Source of the DNA: Candidatus Roizmanbacteria bacterium UBA1450
GTDB lineage: Bacteria; Patescibacteriota; Microgenomatia; UBA1406; GWC2-37-13
Length of the DNA: 64,000 nt
Direction: 5' to 3'
Assembly (NCBI GenBank): GCA_002329205.1
Contig: DCTC01000001.1
Location: 18,530-82,529, forward strand
Position 1 is the first letter of the stretch. Every line of letters begins with the position of its first letter. The position numbers and the translations under genes were made by a program. The notes under the pieces are model-generated. The model did no database searches and had not been told where the DNA came from. It saw only the letters and a list, made by a program, of their open reading frames with translations. Positions 18,179-26,773 of the stretch are shown piece after piece.

Positions 18179-20293
18179 ATGAAAAAAATTAAAAACCATA
18201 AGTTTATGAAAATTTCACGTTGCATAACCCTTTCAGGAAAAGCTTTGATTTTTGGCTATCTTTTTATCAGCATCACTGCTTTCCCATTATCTTTCGCACT
18301 CGCACAAGATGCAGAAGTTCCTAATAAACAAGAACTCACCAATCAAATTACACAGGAAGCTTCACAGAATTTTCAACAATCAACACAAGAAACACAGTCT
18401 CCGCCTTCTCAAGAACAAACATCAAATTCCCAGTCTCAACCATCTCCTTCGGATACACAAGCCACAACAGATATAACTAACACCGGGGACAATGCAACAG
18501 TTGATAATTCTTCAACGTCGCAGGAAAACACTTCGGTACAAAATAACAATACTGCCGAAATCAATCAAGAAATCAACGCAACAGCAAATACCGGGAACAA
18601 CGAAGCAAGCCGTAATATCAGCTTCGGGGGAAATGCAGGCGTAATTGCAACAGGTAATGCAGGTGTGAGTACCAATCAAAAAGCTGCCGCAAACAGCAAT
18701 ACAACCGGAATCGGTACATCTTCAGGAGCATCTTCTACATCCAATACTACCAATACAGGCAACGGTTTAACAACAACAACATCTTCACAAAGTACAAAAC
18801 TTACTATGGTCAGCAATGACAACACAGCAATAATCAATCAAGCAGTGAATGCAGAAGCGAATACCGGTGGCAATAAAGCTGATCGCAATATCAGTTTTGG
18901 AGGAAGTGCCGGGGTCATACTGACCGGAACAGCATATACATCCACAAATTTTCTGGCCACAGCCAACGGCAATGTGGTAATCGTGGGAGGAGAAGACAAC
19001 GGCAACGGCCCGGGAAGTGGCGCATCAATTTATATTTTGAATACAGGAAATAACGGTTTTTTCCGGTCCAGCTCTCTTCTGAATCACTCGACAGCTGTAC
19101 AGAATACAAATTATGCAACCGTCAATCAAAGTTGCGGATCTCCGCAAGGACCAGCTCTTTGTATGGCAAATACCGGTTACAATCACGCTGATAGAAATAT
19201 CGGCCTCAATGGAAGTGCAGGAGTCATACAGACAGGAAATGCGGTAGTTTATGTTGATCTCAATGCGGATGTCAATACAAATGAGACTGAGATTTCAGGG
19301 GGTGCCCAGACATCCAGTGCAACAAATACTGAAATTCTGAATACAGGGAATGACTCAAAAGTGGAGACCTCATCAGAAACAAATTCAAATAATGATATTT
19401 CCAATACAAACAGAGCGGACATTAACCAGCAGGTATACGCTACTGCCAATACTGGCTACAATACGGCAAACAGAAATATAAGTTTCGGCGGTGACGCAGG
19501 AGTAATTCTGACAGGCGATGCTGCGGTGCTTGTCGATATGGAAGCAAAAGCAAATGCGAATTCAGCAGAATTAACAACATCGACATCAACAGATCCGGAG
19601 GACACAGCAAGCTTGAATGATCCTCACTATTCCGCCTGCAGTCCAGCCCAACAACAATCGGATATAATGAATACGGGAAATGATGTCCAAATAGATTCAT
19701 CAGCATCTGAGAATTCAAACACAACCGTACAGAACAATAACATTGCCTATCTCACTCAGCAGATACTCGGTTCTGCCAATACCGGTGAAAATACAACAAA
19801 TAGAAATATTGGTCAGGAGACCGGTATTATTTATACCGGTGATGCCGCTTTTCTTACACAAGCCTCTGCTGCAGTAAATAAGAATACAACCAAAATCGGA
19901 TGTGCAATTGCGGCAGTTGTTGATCCCACTCCCACGCCCCCACAGAATCCGTCACCGACTCCAACATCAGCTCCACATCCGACCAGTACACCATCCCCAA
20001 CACCTTCCGTGAACGGGAATGGCAACAATGGAGGAGGCGGAAACAACGGAGGAGGAACCTCAAACGGAACAACAAAAACAACTACAACTGTATTCAAAGG
20101 AGGAATCCCTCTGGCATCGTTAGGAGATGTACTTGGCGCTTCTATATCAGTAAGCAGGCTTCCGACCACAGGTCCAGAAGATACAATTACCTTTCTACTT
20201 GCTGCAATGGCAGTGCTCATCTCCGGTGACTTTCTTCGACGGACTGATTTTGCTTCCAGCAATTACAAGTTCAAAAATAATGAAAGGGGGTGA
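18179..20293 (+). CDS. LPXTG-anchored surface protein with five Asn/Gly/Thr-rich repeat modules
   Basis: Signal peptide, then a Q/S/T-rich spacer. Five modules follow, each containing NTG[DN]..., N-x-A-x-I-N-Q, ANTGxNxAxRNI, G-x-AGVI-x-TG-x-A and N-x-N-x-T. A Pro/Thr linker and a Gly/Asn run follow. The protein ends in LPTTG (20159-20173), a hydrophobic helix and RR. Confidence 0.85.
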   Translation: MKKIKNHKFMKISRCITLSGKALIFGYLFISITAFPLSFALAQDAEVPNKQELTNQITQEASQNFQQSTQETQSPPSQEQTSNSQSQPSPSDTQATTDITNTGDNATVDNSSTSQENTSVQNNNTAEINQEINATANTGNNEASRNISFGGNAGVIATGNAGVSTNQKAAANSNTTGIGTSSGASSTSNTTNTGNGLTTTTSSQSTKLTMVSNDNTAIINQAVNAEANTGGNKADRNISFGGSAGVILTGTAYTSTNFLATANGNVVIVGGEDNGNGPGSGASIYILNTGNNGFFRSSSLLNHSTAVQNTNYATVNQSCGSPQGPALCMANTGYNHADRNIGLNGSAGVIQTGNAVVYVDLNADVNTNETEISGGAQTSSATNTEILNTGNDSKVETSSETNSNNDISNTNRADINQQVYATANTGYNTANRNISFGGDAGVILTGDAAVLVDMEAKANANSAELTTSTSTDPEDTASLNDPHYSACSPAQQQSDIMNTGNDVQIDSSASENSNTTVQNNNIAYLTQQILGSANTGENTTNRNIGQETGIIYTGDAAFLTQASAAVNKNTTKIGCAIAAVVDPTPTPPQNPSPTPTSAPHPTSTPSPTPSVNGNGNNGGGGNNGGGTSNGTTKTTTTVFKGGIPLASLGDVLGASISVSRLPTTGPEDTITFLLAAMAVLISGDFLRRTDFASSNYKFKNNERG

Positions 20294-20304
20294 AACAAAG
20301 AAAC

Positions 20305-21234
20305 ATGTTAAACAAAAAAGCATTACTAACTGGATTTTCATTGCTCGCAGTAATGGGATTGATCGGCACACCCGTAGCACTCGCCGCCACTGATGCAACA
20401 AGCATCGTGAATAGCGGTGATGATGTTGACATAGATACAACATCCAGCTCTTCAACTAATGTCAATGTTAACAACACAAATATTGCAAATGTAACACAGC
20501 AGGTTACTTCACAGGTAAACACCGGAAATAACTCAGCTGACCAGAACATTAGTCTGGACGGACAAGGTACCGGAATTATGACCGGAAACGCCATGTCACA
20601 AGTTGGATTAAATGTAGATGCCAATCACAACATGACTGCAGTCGCAGTAGGCGGCAGCAGTGGTGATACCAATATGACTGATATCGTCAATACAGGTGAT
20701 GATGCAGATATTGACACCACAGCCCGTTCTCGTACAAGAGTGAACGTTAATAACTTTAACCAAGCTTTTGTTCAACAAGCCGCGACAGTCCAAGCCAACT
20801 CCGGTAACAATGATGCAGATCAAAATATCGGTGATGGCCCCTCCATTATGACCGGCAATGCTGGTGCAGCTGTTGGTTTCAACGCAGATGTCAATCACAA
20901 TGACACTGCAATTGCTCTCGGCAGCGGGCTCAGTGCCACCCAGAATGGAGATGGAAATTTCACGAGCATTGTCAACACCGGCGATGACCTGGATGCTGAT
21001 ACTCGTGTCAGAACTCGTACACGAATAACCAGCAATAGCACAAATATTATGTCTGTTCTTCAAAGTACCTTGAGTCAAAGCAACACAGGGGACAATGATG
21101 CAGATCAGAATATCGGTGGTACAGGTCTTATGACTGGTGCTGCAGGTACACAAGTCGGTTCTACAGCTGGCGGCAATCATAATGCGACCTTCTTCGGTGA
21201 CATTATGGATATGCTGTTCTTCTGGATGAGCTAA
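20305..21234 (+). CDS. secreted repeat protein, short unanchored paralogue (three modules)
   Basis: ORF 20290..21234, trimmed to the ATG at 20305 because a GGGGGTG lies upstream. Signal peptide MLNKKALLTGFSLLAVMGLIGTPVALA. There are three modules of IVNTGDD.D.DT...N.N.A.V.Q....NTGNN.ADQNI...IMTGNA...N.NHN.T. No sorting signal is present. Confidence 0.8.
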   Translation: MLNKKALLTGFSLLAVMGLIGTPVALAATDATSIVNSGDDVDIDTTSSSSTNVNVNNTNIANVTQQVTSQVNTGNNSADQNISLDGQGTGIMTGNAMSQVGLNVDANHNMTAVAVGGSSGDTNMTDIVNTGDDADIDTTARSRTRVNVNNFNQAFVQQAATVQANSGNNDADQNIGDGPSIMTGNAGAAVGFNADVNHNDTAIALGSGLSATQNGDGNFTSIVNTGDDLDADTRVRTRTRITSNSTNIMSVLQSTLSQSNTGDNDADQNIGGTGLMTGAAGTQVGSTAGGNHNATFFGDIMDMLFFWMS

Positions 21235-21251
21235 TCTTGTAGGGTTTTCCA

Positions 21252-21279
21252 GTGCTCCGGGGTGTATACCCCGGAGCAC
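21252..21279 (+). terminator. rho-independent terminator
   Basis: GTGCTCCGGGG-TGTATA-CCCCGGAGCAC hairpin followed by T-rich sequence. Confidence 0.65.
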
Positions 21280-21386
21280 GGAAAGGATTATTTATTTTAT
21301 AAAATCTTTTCCTGATAGTCTGTAAGAAAACGCAGTTTGTTTTTGGTTCTTTATAAAAGGATTTGAAACAAATTACGTAGGATATT

Positions 21387-23423
21387 ATGAAAATCATACA
21401 GCTAATTGTTTTGGGAATATATATCCTGATTCAGCCTATGGCAGTATTTGGCTCTCCATCCCTTCCTGAGCCTACTCCCGTTATTACAGATACACCAACT
21501 CCCACGGCGATACCGACAGAACAGTCACCCCCAGAAGAAACTGCGCCAACAACTACTTCGTCACCTTCAACTGATTCGGATACAGGCACGCCACTTGACA
21601 TCGGAGAACAAGTCTTCCCAACTATTGCTGAAAAGCCGAAGCCGGAAGAACTATCTATCACACCTTATCCAGACACCGTCACTACTTTACCAGTTTCTGA
21701 AAGTACTGAAAGCGCAACTGTTGATGATGAGTTTTCCGAGCACATTGAGTCAACACCTATACCTCCAACTATTGAAACGGGTGATGCGGAAAACAAAGTA
21801 ACTGTTGAAAATGTCATCAATACCAATATTACAGGACTAAATAACTGTTTTATCGTAATAACTCATAACATTGATCCCCATGAAGCTATTGATTTAACTG
21901 ATAATTGCGAAGACGTTATTATTTCCGTAGAACCAACTGATGAAACAGTAAATCAGGTAAATGATGCACATATACAAACAACAATCATGGCGATTGCAGA
22001 AACAGGGAAAAATGTAGTATTGCTTCCGGACGGAACGATCAAAACTGGCAATGCCTCGGCAAGTGCAAATCTATTTAACCTGGTGAATACGAACATTGCT
22101 GGAGATAACACCTTATTCGGTGTCATCAATCTGTTTGATGACCAACAGGGAGATATCATTCTGCCTTATGAGTTGGAGTATGTATCAATGTCAGTTCCGA
22201 CAGCAAACGAAATAAAAAAATTTGTTGAACAATTGAATGAAGCAACGGTAATCAACAACGTAACAACACTGACAAATACGGGTTTGAACAGTACCGAAAG
22301 AGGAACAATTGAAACTGGAGAAGCACAATCCATCATACAGATATATGACAAACTCAATACGAATTTGTTCCAATCCGGTTTTTTAATTCTGGAGATCAAT
22401 ACCTACGGTGTCTGGGAAGGGGAATTGATAGGTTGGTGGGGAGAGATCATGAAGTCAGAAAGCCAACTCACTGCCTTTTACAATAATCCATTCAGTCAGA
22501 ACTTCCAGAATAATGAACAAAAGAATATTCTTCAACATAATAAGGCAGAAATTACCAATACGATCGCTCTGATTGCTGATACCGGAAACAATTCCGCATC
22601 AGGAGCAGCAGCCATACAAACCGGTCATGCTGAAACCAAGGCGAATATCGTTACTATTGCCAATACCAATATCACAGGAGACAACTGGTATCATATCGTG
22701 ATCAATATTTTTGATACTTTCAAGGGAAATATTATTTTCCCTAGGCCTGATATCGGAATTACAACTACCGCCGACAAAACAACAGCACAACAAGATGATG
22801 AAATTATGATCACAACGCAGTTTTATAATAAAGGAATTCTGTGGGCAAGAGATACATTGCTCACGACCGAAATTCCCGATGGCTTAGAATTCATCGAGTC
22901 ATCATTTGGAGGAATATTTGAACAAGGAAAAGTGAGTTGGGATTTGGGAAAACTGGCTGCTGAGAATTTTGGGAGTGTGTGGGTAAAAACTCGCGCGAAA
23001 GAAGCGTCTGAAAAGCCGATTTATACAAAGTCATACATAACAACCTCGACTGATGAACCCAATCAGGCTGATAACATGCACATTATCCAATTATTTATCC
23101 GCTTGATACAGAGTGCCAAAAACTCAGATACAACTACAAGTACTTCATCTGAAGTAACAGTTGTCAAGGAATATATCGAGCAAACAGATACAGCTCAACA
23201 GTTGGATTTACAGTCTTTTCTGGCAAAGAACAGTCAGAATTCAGATCTAAAAATATATAAGGATCGTACATCTCATACCATGTATACACCCGAAAGATCA
23301 ATATGGGGAGAGCAGTCTCATCAACCTATTAAACATGCTCAAACAGCTTCTCCATCGTTGCTTCTTCTTTTTTATCTATTCAGTACAATCGGGATGGTCG
23401 TAAAATCATGGATTGAAGATTGA
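21387..23423 (+). CDS. secreted repeat protein, divergent paralogue with DUF11-like domain
   Basis: Signal peptide and a Pro/Thr-rich linker. Four modules of type xTGxA-x(8-9)-N-x-[VL]-NTN-[IL]-x-G follow, for example IKTGNASASANLFNLVNTNIAGDN and IQTGHAETKANIVTIANTNITGDN. Next comes a segment resembling the conserved repeat (DUF11) domain (ITTTADKTTAQQDDEIMITTQFYNKG...VSWDLGKL). The protein ends in a hydrophobic C-terminal tail. Confidence 0.8.
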   Translation: MKIIQLIVLGIYILIQPMAVFGSPSLPEPTPVITDTPTPTAIPTEQSPPEETAPTTTSSPSTDSDTGTPLDIGEQVFPTIAEKPKPEELSITPYPDTVTTLPVSESTESATVDDEFSEHIESTPIPPTIETGDAENKVTVENVINTNITGLNNCFIVITHNIDPHEAIDLTDNCEDVIISVEPTDETVNQVNDAHIQTTIMAIAETGKNVVLLPDGTIKTGNASASANLFNLVNTNIAGDNTLFGVINLFDDQQGDIILPYELEYVSMSVPTANEIKKFVEQLNEATVINNVTTLTNTGLNSTERGTIETGEAQSIIQIYDKLNTNLFQSGFLILEINTYGVWEGELIGWWGEIMKSESQLTAFYNNPFSQNFQNNEQKNILQHNKAEITNTIALIADTGNNSASGAAAIQTGHAETKANIVTIANTNITGDNWYHIVINIFDTFKGNIIFPRPDIGITTTADKTTAQQDDEIMITTQFYNKGILWARDTLLTTEIPDGLEFIESSFGGIFEQGKVSWDLGKLAAENFGSVWVKTRAKEASEKPIYTKSYITTSTDEPNQADNMHIIQLFIRLIQSAKNSDTTTSTSSEVTVVKEYIEQTDTAQQLDLQSFLAKNSQNSDLKIYKDRTSHTMYTPERSIWGEQSHQPIKHAQTASPSLLLLFYLFSTIGMVVKSWIED

Positions 23424-23909
23424 TTATTTTTTCTTTATTTCTTCGGGACGGATAAACTTGATATATCCAAGCGCCAGAGAAACAGCAAATCCAATAGTTA
23501 CCACAATAAAACGGAACATATTGTCATCGGAAGAAAATCCGCGTATGATACTGTAAATCAATAAGAGCAAGCCTCCCAGCAGTAACCCGTCTGCAATGAG
23601 ATTTATCTTTTTCAGAAAAGTAAGACTGATTACCAAAGCAATGACAGCAATAGCAATCGAGATACTGGAAACATTTCGGTTATATCTATTGTGTTTTTCC
23701 TGATATTGCTTCAACTCCTCCTGGAAAGCTTCTTCTTTTTCGAGATATTCCTGATATTTCGGATCGTCTGATTCAAGCGGAGCAGAAAATCGCATGCCGA
23801 CATCATTCTCTGGATAAGCGGGTTCCGGATAAAAAGCTGCGATCCCGACACCGACAAACGTTGCAAAGAGAATTCCAATAAAAATGGTGTAGATGAATTT
23901 GATACTCAT
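23424..23909 (-). CDS. hypothetical membrane protein
   Basis: 161 aa with about four hydrophobic helices and a charged E/K-rich loop. No family recognised. Confidence 0.6.
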   Translation of the reverse strand: MSIKFIYTIFIGILFATFVGVGIAAFYPEPAYPENDVGMRFSAPLESDDPKYQEYLEKEEAFQEELKQYQEKHNRYNRNVSSISIAIAVIALVISLTFLKKINLIADGLLLGGLLLLIYSIIRGFSSDDNMFRFIVVTIGFAVSLALGYIKFIRPEEIKKK

Positions 23910-23911
23910 AT

Positions 23912-24541
23912 TTATTTATCTGATTTTGCACCCGGCAGAATTTTGTATACCATACCGGCTAGAATGCCTCCGACAATCGGACCGATAAGATAGAGAGTCA
24001 CAGTATCCATGCTACGGCCGATGGCCTGAAAATTATAAAGATACGGACTGACTCCTACAGCAGGATTGAAGACACCTCCAGAAGTTGGGCCTCCGACAAA
24101 AGCGGCAGTCATAAGCGTCAAACCGATAGCCGCTCCATAATAATGATTATTTTTAACCTTATCTGTTACCGCAACATGAAGGACGACACTGGCGAGCAAA
24201 AAGGTATACAGAACCTCTACGACCAGTGCATTACTTATTTTTACCGTTTCGACTATCGATGGCGTAAATGAACTGCCATTGATCAAAGCGATAGCTGCCG
24301 CCGCAGCAATACCTCCGAGCATTTGTACGACCATATATTGTATTGCAGCGGGAAACTTTATTTTCCCGTTCAGAAGCACGGCGATTGTAACCGCAGGATT
24401 GTAATGTGCACCGGAAATATAACCGCCCATATATACGAGTGCAGCAAGAACACCACCTATTGCAAAAGGATTTAAGGTTAAACCAACAGTCAAAACCAGA
24501 AAGAATGTGCCGATAAACTCGATGACATTTCGTCGAAGCAT
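23912..24541 (-). CDS. aqpZ: aquaporin/MIP-family channel
   Basis: Two NPA boxes (SGAHYNPAVT and GGVFNPAVG) within a six-TM layout. Confidence 0.9.
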   Translation of the reverse strand: MLRRNVIEFIGTFFLVLTVGLTLNPFAIGGVLAALVYMGGYISGAHYNPAVTIAVLLNGKIKFPAAIQYMVVQMLGGIAAAAAIALINGSSFTPSIVETVKISNALVVEVLYTFLLASVVLHVAVTDKVKNNHYYGAAIGLTLMTAAFVGGPTSGGVFNPAVGVSPYLYNFQAIGRSMDTVTLYLIGPIVGGILAGMVYKILPGAKSDK

Positions 24542-24580
24542 AAGTGAGTTATCAATTGGTAATAAGAAGAGTATATCAAA

Positions 24581-26383
24581 TTACATATAACCTTTTCTCT
24601 GCAGATTGAAATAAGAAGCATAAGTGCCATTTGGTATTGCAATAAGCTGTTCGTGTGTACCGCGCTCTACCAGTTCTCCGCGCTTCATGACAAAAATATC
24701 ATTGGCGGTACGTACTGTCGAAAAACGATGTGAAATAAAAATAAGACTTTTTCTTCTGTACAGCTCGTTTAGGTTTTTAAATATCTCAGCCTCTGCATCT
24801 GCATCAATGTTGGCTGTAGGTTCGTCCATTATAAGCAGCGGAGCATTGCGATAAATAGCTCGTGCTATAGCTACCTTCTGCCATTGTCCACCTGACATAT
24901 CGACCCCGCCTTCAAACCACCTTCCCAGGTACTGATCGTATCCTTTTGGCAGATCTTCCAAAATACCTAAAGCCTGGGCTTTTTCGAGAGCTTCTTCAGC
25001 TCGTTTTTCAGAAGAGACTGTATGCTTGCCGAACATGATATTTTCACGCAGCGTGAGGAAATATCGTGCATAGTCCTGAAAAAGTACCCCGAGGTGTCGG
25101 TACCAACTTTCCAGCTCAATTGATCTCAGATCCTTTCCGTCAATAAGAATAGCTCCTTCTGTCGGATCATAAAACCGGAAAAGCAATTTGATAATAGTAC
25201 TTTTGCCTGCACCGTTATGTCCTACAATCGCAACATTCTGACCCTTTTCTATCGTAAATGAAATATTTTTCAAAGAATAATGATTGGAACCGGGATACTG
25301 AAAACTTACCTCGGTAAATTCAATCCTGCGCGGCTCTTCTGATTCGAATATGAATGCATTATCATCTATTTCAATTTTATTTCTTATGGACATAAGTTTA
25401 AAAAAATCATTTAAATAAAACCCGTTTTCATATACTGATCCGAAGTTGATAAGTAAGCTGGATATCTGTCCGGAAAATGCAAATAGAATATTGAGAAAGA
25501 ACGTAAAGTCTCCAATTGAGTAGGTATTTCCGATCCCCTGTAAAAAATGCGTGAGTGAGAAATAAATCGCGACAGGAATAAGGACAAAACTAGCAGTCGA
25601 CAGGATACTGTATGTAAGCATCGGACGCTGATAGTCTTTTATTATCTGATCCTGGAGCTCTTTTGCTTTGTGCACAAAATATCCGCGCAGTTCATATATC
25701 TTCATTTCGGAAAGGGTATTGAAGTTTGTAAAAATTGACTTTAAATACCATAAATAGTTGGAATCGTGCGCATGCTCCGAAGCACTGGAGAATGAGATAT
25801 TTGCATATTTTGCCCGCAGATAATACACCGGAGCAGATATCAGTGCAAGCAAAATAAAATAATATGGACTGAACTGGAGTGCAATAATTAATGAAAAAAA
25901 GATTGATGCTACATTGCTGATCATGGCATTCAATCTGTTGAGTATTTCGGGAAGCCGGAAAGCATAGGTGTTTTCAATTTTTGCAATCAGATTCCGGACT
26001 TCACCGTTTTCGAGGTTTGCAAAATCCAACCGTCCGATTTTCTCCATAAAACGCCTGGTCAGGATGTTTTGCAATTTCGTTCGCATGAAGTAATCAAGAA
26101 AATACTGATTGAAAGTAAAATTCACAAAACGGGATAAATATTCAAAAAAAAGATAGGTGACAATAATGGTGAATAAAATATCTACTGGATCTGAAAGATT
26201 GAGGCCGATAGATTCTGCGACTGCATCAATCATCAGCTTATAGAAGTAGTAAACAACAAAAAGCAGTATGGCGCCCAGAGCAGATGTTGTGAAATACGCG
26301 ACAAGCAGTTTTCTATCTTCACGCCACGCAAGCTGAAGCAGCTTCCAGATATTGGTCACAAGTTGTTCTGTCTTTTTGATCAT
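24581..26383 (-). CDS. ABC transporter, fused permease/ATP-binding exporter (MsbA/MdlB-like)
   Basis: Six-TM N-terminal half. Walker A GHNGAGKST, signature SGGQWQKVAIARA and Walker B LLIMDEPT. Confidence 0.9.
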   Translation of the reverse strand: MIKKTEQLVTNIWKLLQLAWREDRKLLVAYFTTSALGAILLFVVYYFYKLMIDAVAESIGLNLSDPVDILFTIIVTYLFFEYLSRFVNFTFNQYFLDYFMRTKLQNILTRRFMEKIGRLDFANLENGEVRNLIAKIENTYAFRLPEILNRLNAMISNVASIFFSLIIALQFSPYYFILLALISAPVYYLRAKYANISFSSASEHAHDSNYLWYLKSIFTNFNTLSEMKIYELRGYFVHKAKELQDQIIKDYQRPMLTYSILSTASFVLIPVAIYFSLTHFLQGIGNTYSIGDFTFFLNILFAFSGQISSLLINFGSVYENGFYLNDFFKLMSIRNKIEIDDNAFIFESEEPRRIEFTEVSFQYPGSNHYSLKNISFTIEKGQNVAIVGHNGAGKSTIIKLLFRFYDPTEGAILIDGKDLRSIELESWYRHLGVLFQDYARYFLTLRENIMFGKHTVSSEKRAEEALEKAQALGILEDLPKGYDQYLGRWFEGGVDMSGGQWQKVAIARAIYRNAPLLIMDEPTANIDADAEAEIFKNLNELYRRKSLIFISHRFSTVRTANDIFVMKRGELVERGTHEQLIAIPNGTYASYFNLQRKGYM

Positions 26384-26417
26384 ACTGCTTTTTAGTCATA
26401 TGATTGGTTATGGGATA

Positions 26418-26600
26418 TTATCGCGAACTTCTCTTCGGTTCACGGGATCCCATATAGTCGAGTCCTCCAAGGATAGCAAAGACTGCAAAAATCACGGTAG
26501 CTGCAATGATTCCGCTTTGAGTTGAGGAAAATAGACCGAGAAATGTCAATGCGGTGAGAACTCCCATTCCAAACCACATTATCCAGTTTAAGAGTGTCAT
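26418..26600 (-). CDS. small hypothetical membrane protein
   Basis: The ORF in the track starts at a TTG at 26612; the ATG at 26600 is the more likely start. It has two hydrophobic helices. Weak call. Confidence 0.35.
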   Translation of the reverse strand: MTLLNWIMWFGMGVLTALTFLGLFSSTQSGIIAATVIFAVFAILGGLDYMGSREPKRSSR

Positions 26601-26773
26601 ATGAGAATTCAATTTCTAATTGAGATAACTATAAGTGGTAAATACGAGGTAGTCGTAAGATACAAGTAAAATGTTTGTAAAGAATAAAAGATTGATATGA
26701 CAATCTATCTTCTCTTACATCCCTCATACTCCACATTTACCTCTTCTTCAATCCGTTCACTTATTCTTCAACC

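Noticed and set aside
19831-21279. Long antisense ORFs inside the repeat-protein genes (19831..20262 at 143 aa and 20608..21279 at 223 aa on the minus strand)
   Set aside because: They lie entirely opposite the repeat-protein genes, which have signal peptides, modular conservation and a sorting signal. Biased repeat composition routinely keeps the antisense frame open. They have no start context and no recognisable motif.
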